Assembly: GCA_943788365.1 (NCBI GenBank)
Contig: CALSPZ010000001.1
Span: 328,233-392,232, forward strand
From: an uncultured SAR86 cluster bacterium
Lineage (GTDB): Bacteria; Pseudomonadota; Gammaproteobacteria; Magnimaribacterales; D2472
DNA: 64,000 nt
Direction: 5' to 3'
Positions 1-11,213 of the stretch are shown one piece after another. The notes beneath the pieces are model-generated. The model ran no database searches and was not told where the DNA came from. It saw only the letters and a program-made list of their open reading frames with translations. Position 1 is the first letter of the stretch. Each line of letters opens with the position of its first letter. The translations under genes and the position numbers were made by a program.

Positions 1-888
1 TCTATCTTATTTGAAGAGTTTGGAAGGGCATTGGTAATAGAGCCGTATTTATCTTCTGTAGTTCTTTCAGGTAATATTCTTGATAATAGTTCATATAGCG
101 AAAAGAACTCCATTATTGAAGCTATTTGTTCTGGATCTATGCATGTGTCATTAGCATATGCCGAATCTTCAAATAAATATGATTACCATAATCCTCTAAC
201 TAATTTATCTAGTGATAATAAACTAAATGGTACAAAAGCATTGGTTTTAAATGGAGCAAATGCTTCTAAATTTATTGTTTCTTGTAAATCAGGTAATGAT
301 TTAGCTCTTGTTATTGTTGATGCTAATTCAGATGGAGTCTCTGTAACTTCATTTCCAACAGTTGATGGCCAAACATGTTCAGAAGTTTCATTTGAAAATG
401 TTTTAATATCAAATGATTCTATTATCTCATCTGGATCAGATGCAAATAGCTTGCTAAAAAGAGCTATCAATCTTGCTACATTATGCATTAGTGCTGAAGC
501 CGTAGGCTGTATGACTTCTTGTTATTTAAAAACAGTTGAATATACAAAATCTAGAGAACAATTTGATCAACCAATTTCTAATTTTCAAGTTTTACAGCAT
601 AGAATGGTAGATATGTTTATTGAAAGTGAATTATGCAAATCCCTTTTAATCAAGGCTATGCTTGAGGTTGATTCAAACTCTGAGGATATGTTTAAACATG
701 TATCCGCACTTAAGTCTCAGATTGGTAAATCTGGCAAGTTTTCAGCTCAACAAGCCGTACAACTTCATGGTGGTATGGGTGTGAGCGATGAGCTAATGAT
801 CGGACATTATTTAAAAAAAATGCTTACCATTGATGCTTTATTTGGAAACAGTGATTTTCATGTCAAAAGCTTTAGCGCATCTAACTAA
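1..888 (+). CDS. acyl-CoA dehydrogenase, C-terminal portion (N-terminus off-window)
   Basis: The frame is open from base 1 (SILFEEFGRALVIEP...), so the listed Met at 31 is not the true start. The C-terminal half carries acyl-CoA dehydrogenase motifs (SREQFDQPISNFQVLQHRMVDM, QLHGGMGVSDE). Confidence 0.8.
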   Translation, partial: SILFEEFGRALVIEPYLSSVVLSGNILDNSSYSEKNSIIEAICSGSMHVSLAYAESSNKYDYHNPLTNLSSDNKLNGTKALVLNGANASKFIVSCKSGNDLALVIVDANSDGVSVTSFPTVDGQTCSEVSFENVLISNDSIISSGSDANSLLKRAINLATLCISAEAVGCMTSCYLKTVEYTKSREQFDQPISNFQVLQHRMVDMFIESELCKSLLIKAMLEVDSNSEDMFKHVSALKSQIGKSGKFSAQQAVQLHGGMGVSDELMIGHYLKKMLTIDALFGNSDFHVKSFSASN

Positions 889-893
889 ACTAA

Positions 894-908
894 TGTAAAT
901 TATTTACA
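894..908. promoter_or_regulatory. 15-bp perfect palindrome TGTAAAT-T-ATTTACA, candidate operator upstream of gap
   Basis: Read directly. It lies in the 84-bp gap between the ACAD stop and the gap ATG, 65-79 bp upstream of 973. The same half-sites and spacing recur at 38613-38627. Confidence 0.3.
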
Positions 909-972
909 AATAATTAGTGCATTTTAAATACGTTGTTATAGAATTTAATTTTATTATTTAACTTCTATTTAA

Positions 973-2475
973 ATGACTGATCAAAAAGACCCAAATTTTA
1001 TTTCAACTGCTAGACAGAATAGGATTCTTCCAGAAGATTCTTTTGGGGATTGGAAATGGAGAGAGGCATTAGCTGAGCTAATGGTCCCACTAATTGGTTC
1101 GTTATATAGAAATGGTATAAACACATTGGTTTATGGCAAATCATTAGTCAATCAGTCACCAGTAGAACTAATGAGAGCTCATAGATTTGCAAGACAATCT
1201 GATAATAATGAGCTTAGTGAATTTGAGACATATCCAATACTTCAACATCTTGCCTCTCTTCAACTTAATGACTGTGAGGTTGATATTGGTGAATTAGCAG
1301 TCAGGTGTCCATTTTTTAATAGACTCAAGGATGATCAAACTGGACTTGATACATATATAAATGAACAATTAAAAGATGTTATTGGTTTCGACTCTATTAG
1401 ACCATCATCGCCTACAAATATTGTGCTATATGGTTTTGGTAGGGTAGGAAGACTGATTACTAGAATGCTTGTTCAGTCAACAGGGCCAGGTAACTACTTC
1501 AGATTAAGTGCAATTGTTATAAGAAAAGCTTCTGATGATGATATTTATAAAAGAGCTAGCTTGTTACAAAGAGATTCAGTTCACGGACCATTTAATGGAA
1601 CCGTTAGAGTCGATGAAAGCTCAAATTCCCTAATAATAAATGGTAATCCTGTTAAAGTTATATACGCAAATGACCCTAGCGAAGTAGCATACGCTGATTA
1701 TAGTATAAATAATCCTATCGTTATTGATAATACAGGCGTTTGGAGGGATGAAGAGGGATTATCATTACATTTAAAATCTGGAGCAAAAAAAGTTGTTTTA
1801 ACGGCACCAGCTAAAGGTAATATTAAAAATATTGTTAATGGTGTTAACAATAATATATTAGAAGACAGTGATGAAATAATATCTGCTGCCTCTTGTACTA
1901 CTAATGCAATAGTGCCTGTTTTAGATGTATTAAATAAAGAATATGGTATTACTGGTGGGCATATTGAGACAGTTCATTCTTATACAAATGATCAGAATCT
2001 TATCGATAATTTTCATAAAGGTGACAGGCGAGGTAGAAGTGCTGCTTTAAATATGGTTATTACCTCAACGGGAGCTGTAAAAGCAGTATCCAAGGCATTA
2101 CCAGAATTAGAAGGAAAATTAACTGGAAATGCCATTAGGGTTCCCACACCTAATGTTAGTCTTGCAATTTTATCTCTTGCCCTTAACACTAAAACCAATA
2201 AAGAATCTTTAAATAATTACCTAAGATCAATGGCTTTTCACTCTTCATATAGAGAAATTCTTGGATTTGTTAATTCTTCTGAAGTTGTTTCAACTGATTT
2301 TTATTCTTCACCATTTGCTAGCATTATTGATTCACAAGCAACCATTGCAAGTGGTAAAAGAGTTACCTTATATTGCTGGTATGACAATGAGTATGGTTAC
2401 TCAAAACAGGTAGCATCTTTATCTAAAAAATTAGCTGGTGTTAACCTTCTCAGATTACCAAGGCCAATTGATTAA
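973..2475 (+). CDS. gap: glyceraldehyde-3-phosphate dehydrogenase, long (~500 aa) form with N-terminal extension
   Basis: Rossmann motif YGFGRVGR, catalytic-Cys motif SAASCTTNAIVP, HSYTNDQ and a C-terminal WYDNEYGY. From memory, the position next to nqr matches Pseudomonas synteny. Confidence 0.85.
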   Translation: MTDQKDPNFISTARQNRILPEDSFGDWKWREALAELMVPLIGSLYRNGINTLVYGKSLVNQSPVELMRAHRFARQSDNNELSEFETYPILQHLASLQLNDCEVDIGELAVRCPFFNRLKDDQTGLDTYINEQLKDVIGFDSIRPSSPTNIVLYGFGRVGRLITRMLVQSTGPGNYFRLSAIVIRKASDDDIYKRASLLQRDSVHGPFNGTVRVDESSNSLIINGNPVKVIYANDPSEVAYADYSINNPIVIDNTGVWRDEEGLSLHLKSGAKKVVLTAPAKGNIKNIVNGVNNNILEDSDEIISAASCTTNAIVPVLDVLNKEYGITGGHIETVHSYTNDQNLIDNFHKGDRRGRSAALNMVITSTGAVKAVSKALPELEGKLTGNAIRVPTPNVSLAILSLALNTKTNKESLNNYLRSMAFHSSYREILGFVNSSEVVSTDFYSSPFASIIDSQATIASGKRVTLYCWYDNEYGYSKQVASLSKKLAGVNLLRLPRPID

Positions 2476-2552
2476 AATACCTAGAATATAGAACATAATA
2501 CGCTTATAATCACCTCGATTTTGTAAAGACTATTAACTATTAAGTAATTTAA

Positions 2553-3860
2553 GTGATTTTAATTAAAAAAGGTTTAAATCTTCCCATATCTGGACATCCT
2601 GAGCCAGTTGTATCTGATACACCAACTATAAATAAAGTTGCAATTATGGGAAATGATTTTGAAGGCATGAAGCCTACAATGCTAGTCAAAGAGGGCGAGA
2701 TAGTTAAGCTTGGTCAAAAAATAATTGAAGATAAAAAAAATCCAGGTGTTTTTTTTACATCCCCATGTGGTGGTGAAGTTTCTTCAATAAACAGAGGTGA
2801 GAAAAGAAAATTTCTATCAATAGAAATTGATATTGCTTCTGATGAGGAGTTTGTTGAATTTGATCTGGATCAAGATCCATTGAATCTGCTAATAGAATCA
2901 GGTTTATTTAACTCATTTAGAACAAGGCCTTTTAACAGAACACCAAAAATTAATGATAGGCCTGATAAAATTTTTATAAATGCATGTGATACTAATCCAC
3001 TTTCCATAAGCCCAGATCATGTCATTACACTACACAAACAGGATTTTAATGCTGGTGTTGAATTTATTTCTAATTTATTTGATTCAGATACAAATTTAGC
3101 ATATCAAGATGATGATTTAAGTTATTCTTTTAACAATGTAGAATCTCAACAATTTACCGGCCCTCATCCAGCAGGGTTATCTAGCACTCACATTAATTCA
3201 ATTTACCCTGTAAGCATAAATAGAACAGTATGGACAATAAACTATCAAGAAGTTATCTCTATTGGATATTTATTAAATAATGGTAAATTAAGAACTCATA
3301 AACACATATCTCTTGCAGGTGAATCAGTTTTTAAACCATCTATCGTTTCAGCAAGAATAGGAGCAAGTCTTGATCAGTTAACTGCTGGTAAAGTTAAAAC
3401 TAGTTCTAGAATAATATCTGGGTCTGTATTATTTGGACATGAGTCAGTTGATGTGATGTCATATCTAGGTTTCTATGATAACCAAGTTTCAGCTATACCT
3501 AATAATCCAGATGATATTTTCTTAAATTGGATAATGCCTGGAAAAAATCTTCACTCTAAGCTGAATGTATTTGCATCAGCTTTTAAAAAACCTGAAAAAT
3601 TCTCTTTTAATACAAGCATTAACGGAGGAAATAGAGCGATTGTTCCAGTTGGTTCTTATGAAGAAATCATTCCTTTAGACATTCTCATGACTCAATTATT
3701 GAAAGCTCTTGTAGTTGGAGATATAGAGGTTGCAATTGACTTGGGAATGCTTGAGCTAACTGCAGAAGACTTGGCATTAGCAACTTATGTATGTCCGAGT
3801 AAATATGATTATTGCTCCATACTCATGGATAACTTAAACAAGGTATACGAAGAGCTATGA
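2553..3860 (+). CDS. nqrA: Na+-translocating NADH:quinone oxidoreductase subunit A
   Basis: GTG start. The N-terminus MILIKKGLNLPISG is typical of NqrA. It is the first gene of six overlapping nqr genes. Confidence 0.9.
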   Translation: MILIKKGLNLPISGHPEPVVSDTPTINKVAIMGNDFEGMKPTMLVKEGEIVKLGQKIIEDKKNPGVFFTSPCGGEVSSINRGEKRKFLSIEIDIASDEEFVEFDLDQDPLNLLIESGLFNSFRTRPFNRTPKINDRPDKIFINACDTNPLSISPDHVITLHKQDFNAGVEFISNLFDSDTNLAYQDDDLSYSFNNVESQQFTGPHPAGLSSTHINSIYPVSINRTVWTINYQEVISIGYLLNNGKLRTHKHISLAGESVFKPSIVSARIGASLDQLTAGKVKTSSRIISGSVLFGHESVDVMSYLGFYDNQVSAIPNNPDDIFLNWIMPGKNLHSKLNVFASAFKKPEKFSFNTSINGGNRAIVPVGSYEEIIPLDILMTQLLKALVVGDIEVAIDLGMLELTAEDLALATYVCPSKYDYCSILMDNLNKVYEEL

Positions 3861-5083
3861 AGTTTCTAAGAAGTAGTATAGATAGTATTAAGCCCAACTT
3901 CATCGGAGATGGTAAGTACGCTAAATGGTTTCCTTTATTTGATGCATTTGAAAATTTTGTTTTTAATACTAAAAAACTTACAAAAAACCCAGTTCATGTA
4001 AGGGATTCAGTAGACATACAAAAGATAATGGTTACTGTTTGGTTGGCTGCATTTCCAGCTATGTTTTTTGGTATGTATAATCTAGGAGATTATTCATTAA
4101 ATTACTTAAACTTAATTGGCCAACAAAATACAGGGGATTGGCATCACGTTTTCGTAAATATTATTGGTTATGATCATACTAGTTTTATTGCAAAATTGTG
4201 GTTTGGAGCTTGCTACTTTCTTCCAATTTACATTACAGTTTTTGTTGTCGGTATAGCATGGGAAGCACTTTTTGCAATTGTAAGAAAACATGAGATTAAT
4301 GAAGGAGCTTTTGTTTCAACTATTCTTTTCTCTTTAAGCTGTCCTCCAGACTTACCATTATGGCAAGCTGCCATGGGTATAACCTTTGGTTTAGTAATAG
4401 GCAAGGAGATATTTGGTGGAACAGGTAAAAACTTTTTGAATCCAGCTTTGACTGGAAGGGCATTTTTATATTTTGCTTATCCTGCTCAAATATCAGGAGA
4501 TAAAGTATGGATAGCAGGGTTGGCTGATAATAATATTCTTCCTGAAGGTTATAGTGGAGCAACTGCGTTAGGTGTTGCTGCTACTGATGGGATGGAAGGA
4601 ATACATAATAACTTTACCTGGACAGATTCTTTTTTAGGATTTATCCCCGGATCAGTTGGAGAAACTTCTGTTGTTGCTATCGGTATTGGTTTATTAATTT
4701 TACTCCTTACTAAAGTCGCCTCATATAGAATAATTTTAGGTACTCTTGTAGGAATGATTTTAATGTCAACAACTTTAAATATTGTAGGCTCTGAAACTAA
4801 TCCTATGTTTTATGTACCATGGTACTGGCATTTAGTCATTGGTAGTTTCGCATTTGGTCTTGTTTTTATGGCTACAGAGCCAGTCTCAGGTTCTGGTACT
4901 AATACTGGAAGGTGGATATATGGTCTGGTTATAGGCATTACAGTAGTTCTTATAAGGGTTATAAACCCAGCATTCCCAGAGGGCATGATGCTTGCAATAC
5001 TTTTTGCCAACCTCCTTGCTCCTGTAATTGATCATCTTGTTGTTATGTCCAATATTAAAAGAAGGAAGGTGCGTTTATCATGA
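3857..5083 (+). CDS. nqrB: Na+-NQR subunit B
   Basis: ATGA overlap with nqrA. Polytopic membrane protein with the FMN-attachment motif GYSGATALG. Confidence 0.93.
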   Translation: MKFLRSSIDSIKPNFIGDGKYAKWFPLFDAFENFVFNTKKLTKNPVHVRDSVDIQKIMVTVWLAAFPAMFFGMYNLGDYSLNYLNLIGQQNTGDWHHVFVNIIGYDHTSFIAKLWFGACYFLPIYITVFVVGIAWEALFAIVRKHEINEGAFVSTILFSLSCPPDLPLWQAAMGITFGLVIGKEIFGGTGKNFLNPALTGRAFLYFAYPAQISGDKVWIAGLADNNILPEGYSGATALGVAATDGMEGIHNNFTWTDSFLGFIPGSVGETSVVAIGIGLLILLLTKVASYRIILGTLVGMILMSTTLNIVGSETNPMFYVPWYWHLVIGSFAFGLVFMATEPVSGSGTNTGRWIYGLVIGITVVLIRVINPAFPEGMMLAILFANLLAPVIDHLVVMSNIKRRKVRLS

Positions 5084-5853
5084 AAGAGTCAGTATTAAGA
5101 ACTTTACTAGTAGCTTTTACAATTTGTCTTGTATGCTCCTTAGTAGTTTCATATACAGCTGTTGGTTTAAGAGATTTGCAGAATGAAAATAAACTTAATG
5201 ATGAAAGAAAGAAAATTCTTCAATCCGCTAATATGTTTGACTCATCTTTAAGTATTGAATCTCAATTTGAACAATTAGAAATGAAATATGTTGATTTTTC
5301 TTCTGGAAAAGTTTTGGATACTTATAAGGATTTTGCAATTGAAACTTATAATCAAATTTCTACAACGAGAAATCCACTGCTCTCCACAAAAATACCAGCA
5401 TCAGAAGATATTGCTATTATAAAAAACAGAGAGAATGTTGGTAAGTTTTATATATCACGAGATAAAAATGGTGAATTAGATAAAATTATTCTTCCTATTA
5501 GGGGATATGGTTTGTGGGGAACCTTATTTGGTTACATATCTATTGAAAATGATTTTAATACAGTTGCAGGTCTTGAATTTTATTCTCACAAAGAAACTCC
5601 CGGGCTTGGAGCGGAAGTTGATAATCCAAAATGGAAAGCATTATGGCCAGGAAAAAAAATATACAAGGATGATGTTGTAAGACTTTCAGTCTTAAAAGGA
5701 CAGGTACCATCTGACGCAAATGATATAATGTATAAAGTTGATGGGCTATCAGGAGCCACACTCACAAGCAGAGGTGTGACTAATATGATCACTTACTGGT
5801 TTGGAGATTCGGGTTATTCTAAACTTTTATCAGAGTTAAATTATGAGTCTTAA
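5080..5853 (+). CDS. nqrC: Na+-NQR subunit C
   Basis: ATGA overlap with nqrB. One N-terminal TM helix and the FMN-attachment motif [11 protein letters not shown]. Confidence 0.9.
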   Translation: MKESVLRTLLVAFTICLVCSLVVSYTAVGLRDLQNENKLNDERKKILQSANMFDSSLSIESQFEQLEMKYVDFSSGKVLDTYKDFAIETYNQISTTRNPLLSTKIPASEDIAIIKNRENVGKFYISRDKNGELDKIILPIRGYGLWGTLFGYISIENDFNTVAGLEFYSHKETPGLGAEVDNPKWKALWPGKKIYKDDVVRLSVLKGQVPSDANDIMYKVDGLSGATLTSRGVTNMITYWFGDSGYSKLLSELNYES

Positions 5854-6529
5854 ACAATATAAAGAAGTTATATTTAAACCTCTTATTGATGAAAACCCAA
5901 TTACGTTGCAAATACTAGGAATTTGCTCTGCTTTAGCCGTTACAAATAATCTTTCTGTCACTTTAGTTATGTGTGTAGCACTTACAAGCGTTGTTGCGTT
6001 TTCAAATTTATTTATATCTATCATCAGAAACTATATACCTAGTAGCATTAGAATAATTGTGCAAATGACCATAATTGCGTCCCTTGTTATTGTTGTTGAC
6101 GAGCTATTGAAAGCTTATGACTATGAGACAAGTAAAAAGTTATCGGTATTTGTTGGTTTGATTATTACAAATTGTATTGTGATGGGTAGGGCAGAGGCAT
6201 TTGCAATGAAAGAAAAGCCACTATTGAGCTTTTTTGATGGTCTAGGTAATGGCTTGGGCTATAGTCTTATCTTAATAGGGGTTGCCATAATTAGAGAGCT
6301 TTTTGGTTCTGGTAGTTTGATGGGATATGAGATATTTACATTAGTATCAAATGGCGGATGGTATCTGCCAAACAACCTTTTATTATTACCCCCTAGTTCT
6401 TTTATCATCATTGGTTTATTCATATGGGCTATTCGAACAATAAGGCCCATTCAAATTGAAGAAGATGACTTTGCTGTCTCAAAGCATTCAACAGCACCAG
6501 ATTTAACCAAGAGAGAACTAAATGTTTGA
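5843..6529 (+). CDS. nqrD: Na+-NQR subunit D
   Basis: RnfE/NqrD-like polytopic protein ([17 protein letters not shown]) that overlaps nqrC by 11 nt. Confidence 0.93.
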   Translation: MSLKQYKEVIFKPLIDENPITLQILGICSALAVTNNLSVTLVMCVALTSVVAFSNLFISIIRNYIPSSIRIIVQMTIIASLVIVVDELLKAYDYETSKKLSVFVGLIITNCIVMGRAEAFAMKEKPLLSFFDGLGNGLGYSLILIGVAIIRELFGSGSLMGYEIFTLVSNGGWYLPNNLLLLPPSSFIIIGLFIWAIRTIRPIQIEEDDFAVSKHSTAPDLTKRELNV

Positions 6530-7133
6530 ACATTATTTAAATATATTTATAACTACAGTATTTATTGAAAATATAGCTTTAAGTGTTTTTTTGGGTATGT
6601 GTACATTTATAGCTATATCAAAAAAAATTGATGCTGCTTTCGGGTTAGGTATTGCTGTAATAGTTGTCTGTATAATTACAGTCCCTTTAAACAATCTTAT
6701 CTATAATTTTATATTAAGAGAAGATGCGCTTGTATGGCTTGGGATAGAAGGAACAAATTTAGAGTTTGTTGAGCTTATAAGTTATATAGGCGTTATTGCT
6801 GCCTCGGTTCAGATACTTGAAATGTTTCTTGATAAATATGTACCAGCCCTATATACAGCCTTGGGGCAATTTTTACCTTTAATTACTGTAAATTGCGCTA
6901 TTCTAGGAGCATCTTTGTTCATGATTGAAAAAGATCTAATGTTTGGTGAAAGCGTTGTTTATGGTTTTGGAGCTGGATTTGGTTGGGCTTTGGCAATTGT
7001 TATTCTTGCTGGAATTAGAGAAAAACTTAAATACTCTGATATTCCTGAAGGATTAAAAGGGCTAGGAGCTACATTTATTATTGTAGGTTTAATGAGTTTT
7101 GGATTTATGTCGTTTGGAGGTATATCTTTATAA
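6522..7133 (+). CDS. nqrE: Na+-NQR subunit E
   Basis: RnfA/NqrE-like polytopic protein ([26 protein letters not shown]) that overlaps nqrD by 8 nt. Confidence 0.93.
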   Translation: MFEHYLNIFITTVFIENIALSVFLGMCTFIAISKKIDAAFGLGIAVIVVCIITVPLNNLIYNFILREDALVWLGIEGTNLEFVELISYIGVIAASVQILEMFLDKYVPALYTALGQFLPLITVNCAILGASLFMIEKDLMFGESVVYGFGAGFGWALAIVILAGIREKLKYSDIPEGLKGLGATFIIVGLMSFGFMSFGGISL

Positions 7134-8362
7134 TGTTGAGTATAGATTTAATTTTTGGTGTAATTTCTTTTTCAGGTATCGTTTTGATATTGGTTATGAT
7201 TATTATGGCAGCAAGATCAAAGTTGGTCTCTACCGGTGATGTGACTATTGAAATTAATGGAGATTCATCCAACCCTCTAGTTGTTCCTGCTGGATCAAAG
7301 CTTCTTCAGACATTGGCTGATAATAAAATATTTTTATCTTCTGCTTGTGGTGGAGGCGGGACATGCAGTCAATGTAAATGCCAAATACTAGATGGCGGAG
7401 GTTCTATTCTTGCCGCTGAGGAATCTCATTTTAATACTAGAGAAAAAAATGAGGGCTGGAGGTTGTCTTGTCAAGTTGCTGTAAAAAATGATTTAAAGAT
7501 CAATGTCCCTGAGGAAATATTTGGAGTTAAAGAATGGGAATGTGAAGTTGTTTCTAATGATAATGTAGCAACTTTTATTAAAGAGTTAATTCTAAAGTTA
7601 CCAGATGGTGAGAATGTAGATTTTAGAGCGGGTGGTTATGTACAGCTTGAAGCTCCTGAATATGAGATTGATTATAAAGATTTTGATATCCAAGATGAAT
7701 ATCATTCTGATTGGGACAAATTTAAAATTTGGGAAAACAAAGCTATAAATAAAGAGCCTGTAATACGAGCATACTCTATGGCTAATTATCCTGAGGAAAA
7801 AGGAGTTATAAAATTTAATATAAGAATTGCTTCACCTCCTCCTGGAATGGATGTTCCTCCTGGCGTTATGTCATCTTGGACTTTCAACCTTAAACCTGGT
7901 GATAAGGTAAAAGTTTTTGGTCCCTTTGGTGAATTCTTTGCGAAAGAAACTAACAATGAAATGGTTTTTGTAGGTGGTGGAGCGGGAATGGCACCAATGC
8001 GATCTCATATTTTTGATCAATTATTAAGAATAAACTCTGATAGAAAGATTACTTTTTGGTATGGAGCGAGAAGTTTAAAAGAAATGTTCTATGTAGACGA
8101 GTTTAACGCACTAGCTGATAAATACGAAAATTTTGAATGGCATGTTGCATTATCTGATCCTCAGCCAGAAGATGATTGGGATGGTGATACTGGTTTTATT
8201 CATAATGTTTTATATAAAAACTATTTAAGTTCTCATGAGGCTCCTGAGGATTGTGAGTATTATATGTGCGGGCCTCCAATGATGAATAAAGCAGTTATTG
8301 ATTTACTCATAAACCTTGGTGTAGAGCCTGAAAATATAGCACTAGACGACTTTGGTGGCTAA
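7133..8362 (+). CDS. nqrF: Na+-NQR subunit F
   Basis: N-terminal TM helix, 2Fe-2S Cys cluster [15 protein letters not shown] motif RAYSMAN and NADH motif GGGAGMAPM. Confidence 0.95.
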   Translation: MLSIDLIFGVISFSGIVLILVMIIMAARSKLVSTGDVTIEINGDSSNPLVVPAGSKLLQTLADNKIFLSSACGGGGTCSQCKCQILDGGGSILAAEESHFNTREKNEGWRLSCQVAVKNDLKINVPEEIFGVKEWECEVVSNDNVATFIKELILKLPDGENVDFRAGGYVQLEAPEYEIDYKDFDIQDEYHSDWDKFKIWENKAINKEPVIRAYSMANYPEEKGVIKFNIRIASPPPGMDVPPGVMSSWTFNLKPGDKVKVFGPFGEFFAKETNNEMVFVGGGAGMAPMRSHIFDQLLRINSDRKITFWYGARSLKEMFYVDEFNALADKYENFEWHVALSDPQPEDDWDGDTGFIHNVLYKNYLSSHEAPEDCEYYMCGPPMMNKAVIDLLINLGVEPENIALDDFGG

Positions 8363-8370
8363 CTAATAAG

Positions 8371-9369
8371 TTGATTAACAGAGCATTTATTTCAAAAATA
8401 ATCGCCTTTTTGGTTGGTTTGTTGTGTTTATTTATAGCTTATAACCACAACTCTTCACAAACATATATATTCAAAGGTCAGGCTTATGGTACTTCGTGGA
8501 CAGTAACAACAACAAGCTACTTAAATGACACACATAAGTCTTCAATAAAAAAAATTATTAATAGAGTTGATTATGTTGCATCTAATTATAAAGAAAATTC
8601 TGAAATAGCTTTAATAAATTTATTAGGGGATTCTCAGGAAATTAATATTTCATTAGATCTATATGAGATTCTTGATATCGCTAATAAAATTACTCTGTTA
8701 ACAGATGGGGCTTATGATATAAAGCTTGGTAAATACTCTAGTAGTTTTGGTTTTGCTCCATCATTTAACAAGGATTTATCGTCATCTGGAGATCCCTCGT
8801 TCACTCTTAATAAATCTAATTTAACTCTCAATAAAGAAGGCGGTTTCTGGTTTGATTTATCTTCAGTTGCTAAGGGTTATGCCGTAGATGAAATTGTTAA
8901 GTATTTAGAATTAAACAATTTTAATAATTATATAGTTGAAATTGGTGGGGAGCTTACCGTTAAAGGTTTTAATCATTCAGACAGCTGGCTTCTAGCAATT
9001 CAAGATCCATCCAAGATAGATCAAGGAGTGGGCCAGTTAATAACAAATATAAACGGTGAGAAAATCTCAATAGCTACTTCGGGAGAGTATAGAAATTATA
9101 ATTTTAGCTCTGAAGGGAAAAAAGTAACACACACCATAAACCCTGCTACTAAACTATCTATCAACAACGACGCTCTATCTGTAACAGTAATTAGCAAACA
9201 ATCTGCAGCTCATGCAGACGCTTTAGCAACGGCGTTTAATGTAATGACAACAAATTCAGCTATAAAACTAGCTAATGAAAATAATCTTGCAGTACTTTTT
9301 ATCGTTCAAGACTCTGATTATTTGAACTTTATATATACTGATGCATGGTATTATTCGAAATATGAGTAA
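8371..9369 (+). CDS. apbE: FAD:protein FMN transferase (flavin-transferase for NqrB/NqrC)
   Basis: TTG start. ApbE-like motifs (SIATSGEYRNY, HTINPATK, ADALATA) and the canonical position after nqrF. Confidence 0.85.
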   Translation: MINRAFISKIIAFLVGLLCLFIAYNHNSSQTYIFKGQAYGTSWTVTTTSYLNDTHKSSIKKIINRVDYVASNYKENSEIALINLLGDSQEINISLDLYEILDIANKITLLTDGAYDIKLGKYSSSFGFAPSFNKDLSSSGDPSFTLNKSNLTLNKEGGFWFDLSSVAKGYAVDEIVKYLELNNFNNYIVEIGGELTVKGFNHSDSWLLAIQDPSKIDQGVGQLITNINGEKISIATSGEYRNYNFSSEGKKVTHTINPATKLSINNDALSVTVISKQSAAHADALATAFNVMTTNSAIKLANENNLAVLFIVQDSDYLNFIYTDAWYYSKYE

Positions 9370-9541
9370 CTTTATTATAACTTTCATAATCATAGGAACA
9401 TCTTTTCTTGGTTTGGCTATTGGCCTTATTTTACGAAATCAACCTATAAAAGGTTCATGCGGGGGCATGGCAAACCTTGAATCAGGTTCGCCATGTCAGA
9501 TCTGTGGGAGAACAGATCCGAGTAACTGTGATCAGGACTAG
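9362..9541 (+). CDS. nqrM: (Na+)-NQR maturation protein NqrM
   Basis: Small single-TM protein with the Cys motif GSCGGMANLESGSPCQICG, located after apbE. I prefer ATG 9362 (MSNFIITF...) because it matches the NqrM N-terminus I recall; ATG 9341 is the alternative. Confidence 0.75.
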   Translation: MSNFIITFIIIGTSFLGLAIGLILRNQPIKGSCGGMANLESGSPCQICGRTDPSNCDQD

Positions 9542-11112
9542 AATTGGTTCATAGTATTATCTTCACCTGAGGCTTTTAGAGCTGCTTCACCTGCAAAATA
9601 TTCTTTATGATCATCACCCATGTCTGATCCTGCCATGTTCTGATGTTTAACACATGCAATGCCTTCTCTTATCTCTTTTCTTTGAACACCTTTAACATAA
9701 CCAAGCATACCCTCATCTCCAAAATACTGTTTAGCTAAATTATCAGTTGATAGGGCTGCTGTGTGATAAGTAGGTAATGTTATTAAATGATGGAATATGC
9801 CTGCTTCTTTGGCAGCATCACTCTGAAAAGTTTTAATTTTTTCATCAGCTGCAAGTGAAAGCTCAGAGTCATCATATATTTCATTCATTAAATCATCTCT
9901 ATCATACTTACTTACATCATCTCCTTGCTTACTCATTGAATCATAAACTTGTTGTCTAAAATTTAATGTCCAGTTAAAAGAGGGGCTGTTGTTGTAGACA
10001 AGTTTGGCATTTGGTATAACCTTTTTTATCTCATTCATCATTGCTCCAATTTGACCAATATGTGGTTTTTCAGTCTCAATCCAAATAAGATCAGCTCCGT
10101 TTTGTAAGCTTGTTATGCTATCTAAAATACACCTAGCTTCTCCGGTTCCTTCCTTGAATTTGTATAAGTTACTTGGAAGTCTTTTAGGTCTAACTAATTT
10201 ACCATCTTGGTTAATCAATACATCACCATGATTCATTTCTTCAGATGAAACCTCTTCTACATCAAGAAATGAATTATATTGATCACCTAAATCACCTTTT
10301 TCCTTGGTAACGGCAATCTGTTTAGTTAATCCAGCGCCAAGTGAATCTGTTCTTGCAACAATTACACCGTCGTCAACCCCAAGTTCGAGAAATGCATATC
10401 TTACTGCATTAATTTTTGCTAAGAAGTCTGCATGAGGAACGGTAACTTTACCGTCTTGGTGTCCACATTGCTTTTCATCAGATACTTGGTTTTCAATTTG
10501 TATGCAACAAGCTCCTGCTTCAATCATTTGTTTTGCCATTAAATAAGTTGCTTCTTCATTACCAAATCCAGCATCTATATCTGCAATTATCGGAACAATG
10601 TGTGTTTGAAAATTGTCTATTTTTTCTTGAATCAATGGCTTATCAGAAATATCAGCTTTATCTAATTCTCTAAATAAACCGCCAAGCTCTCTAGCATCTG
10701 CCTGTCTTAAGAATGTATACAACTCATCAATAAGAGAAGCTACTGAAGTTTTTTCGTGCATTGATTGATCCGGGAGAGGTCCAAACTCTGATCTTAATGC
10801 TGCCACCATCCAACCTGATAGGTATAAATATTTTTTGTTAGTAGTATTAAAATGTTTTTTAATAGATATTAATTTTTGTTGACCGATAAAACCATGCCAG
10901 CAACCAAGCGATTGGGTATATTGACTTGTATCACCATCATATTCATCCATATCCTTTCTCATTATGGATGCAGTATATTTAGCAATATCAATGCCTGATT
11001 GGAATTGATTCTGCAAACGCATTCTTTTTACATACTCTGGATTAATAGAGCTCCAATTTGTGGTATTCATCCTTTTTATATTCTTAATTCCATCAATGTT
11101 TGTATCGCTCAT
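9538..11112 (-). CDS. aceA: isocitrate lyase (long ~525-aa form)
   Basis: Catalytic loop EKQCGHQDGK, and the DIDAGFGN and IENQ motifs. Confidence 0.9.
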   Translation of the reverse strand: MSDTNIDGIKNIKRMNTTNWSSINPEYVKRMRLQNQFQSGIDIAKYTASIMRKDMDEYDGDTSQYTQSLGCWHGFIGQQKLISIKKHFNTTNKKYLYLSGWMVAALRSEFGPLPDQSMHEKTSVASLIDELYTFLRQADARELGGLFRELDKADISDKPLIQEKIDNFQTHIVPIIADIDAGFGNEEATYLMAKQMIEAGACCIQIENQVSDEKQCGHQDGKVTVPHADFLAKINAVRYAFLELGVDDGVIVARTDSLGAGLTKQIAVTKEKGDLGDQYNSFLDVEEVSSEEMNHGDVLINQDGKLVRPKRLPSNLYKFKEGTGEARCILDSITSLQNGADLIWIETEKPHIGQIGAMMNEIKKVIPNAKLVYNNSPSFNWTLNFRQQVYDSMSKQGDDVSKYDRDDLMNEIYDDSELSLAADEKIKTFQSDAAKEAGIFHHLITLPTYHTAALSTDNLAKQYFGDEGMLGYVKGVQRKEIREGIACVKHQNMAGSDMGDDHKEYFAGEAALKASGEDNTMNQF

Positions 11113-11213
11113 GATTTCACCGTTTAATTAATATGTAGTGTAGTTAATAATAATAGTATATTTGAGTCAAGAACTTTAATATAAGCTGTAGCTAAAGCTT
11201 ATTTAGAAGATTA

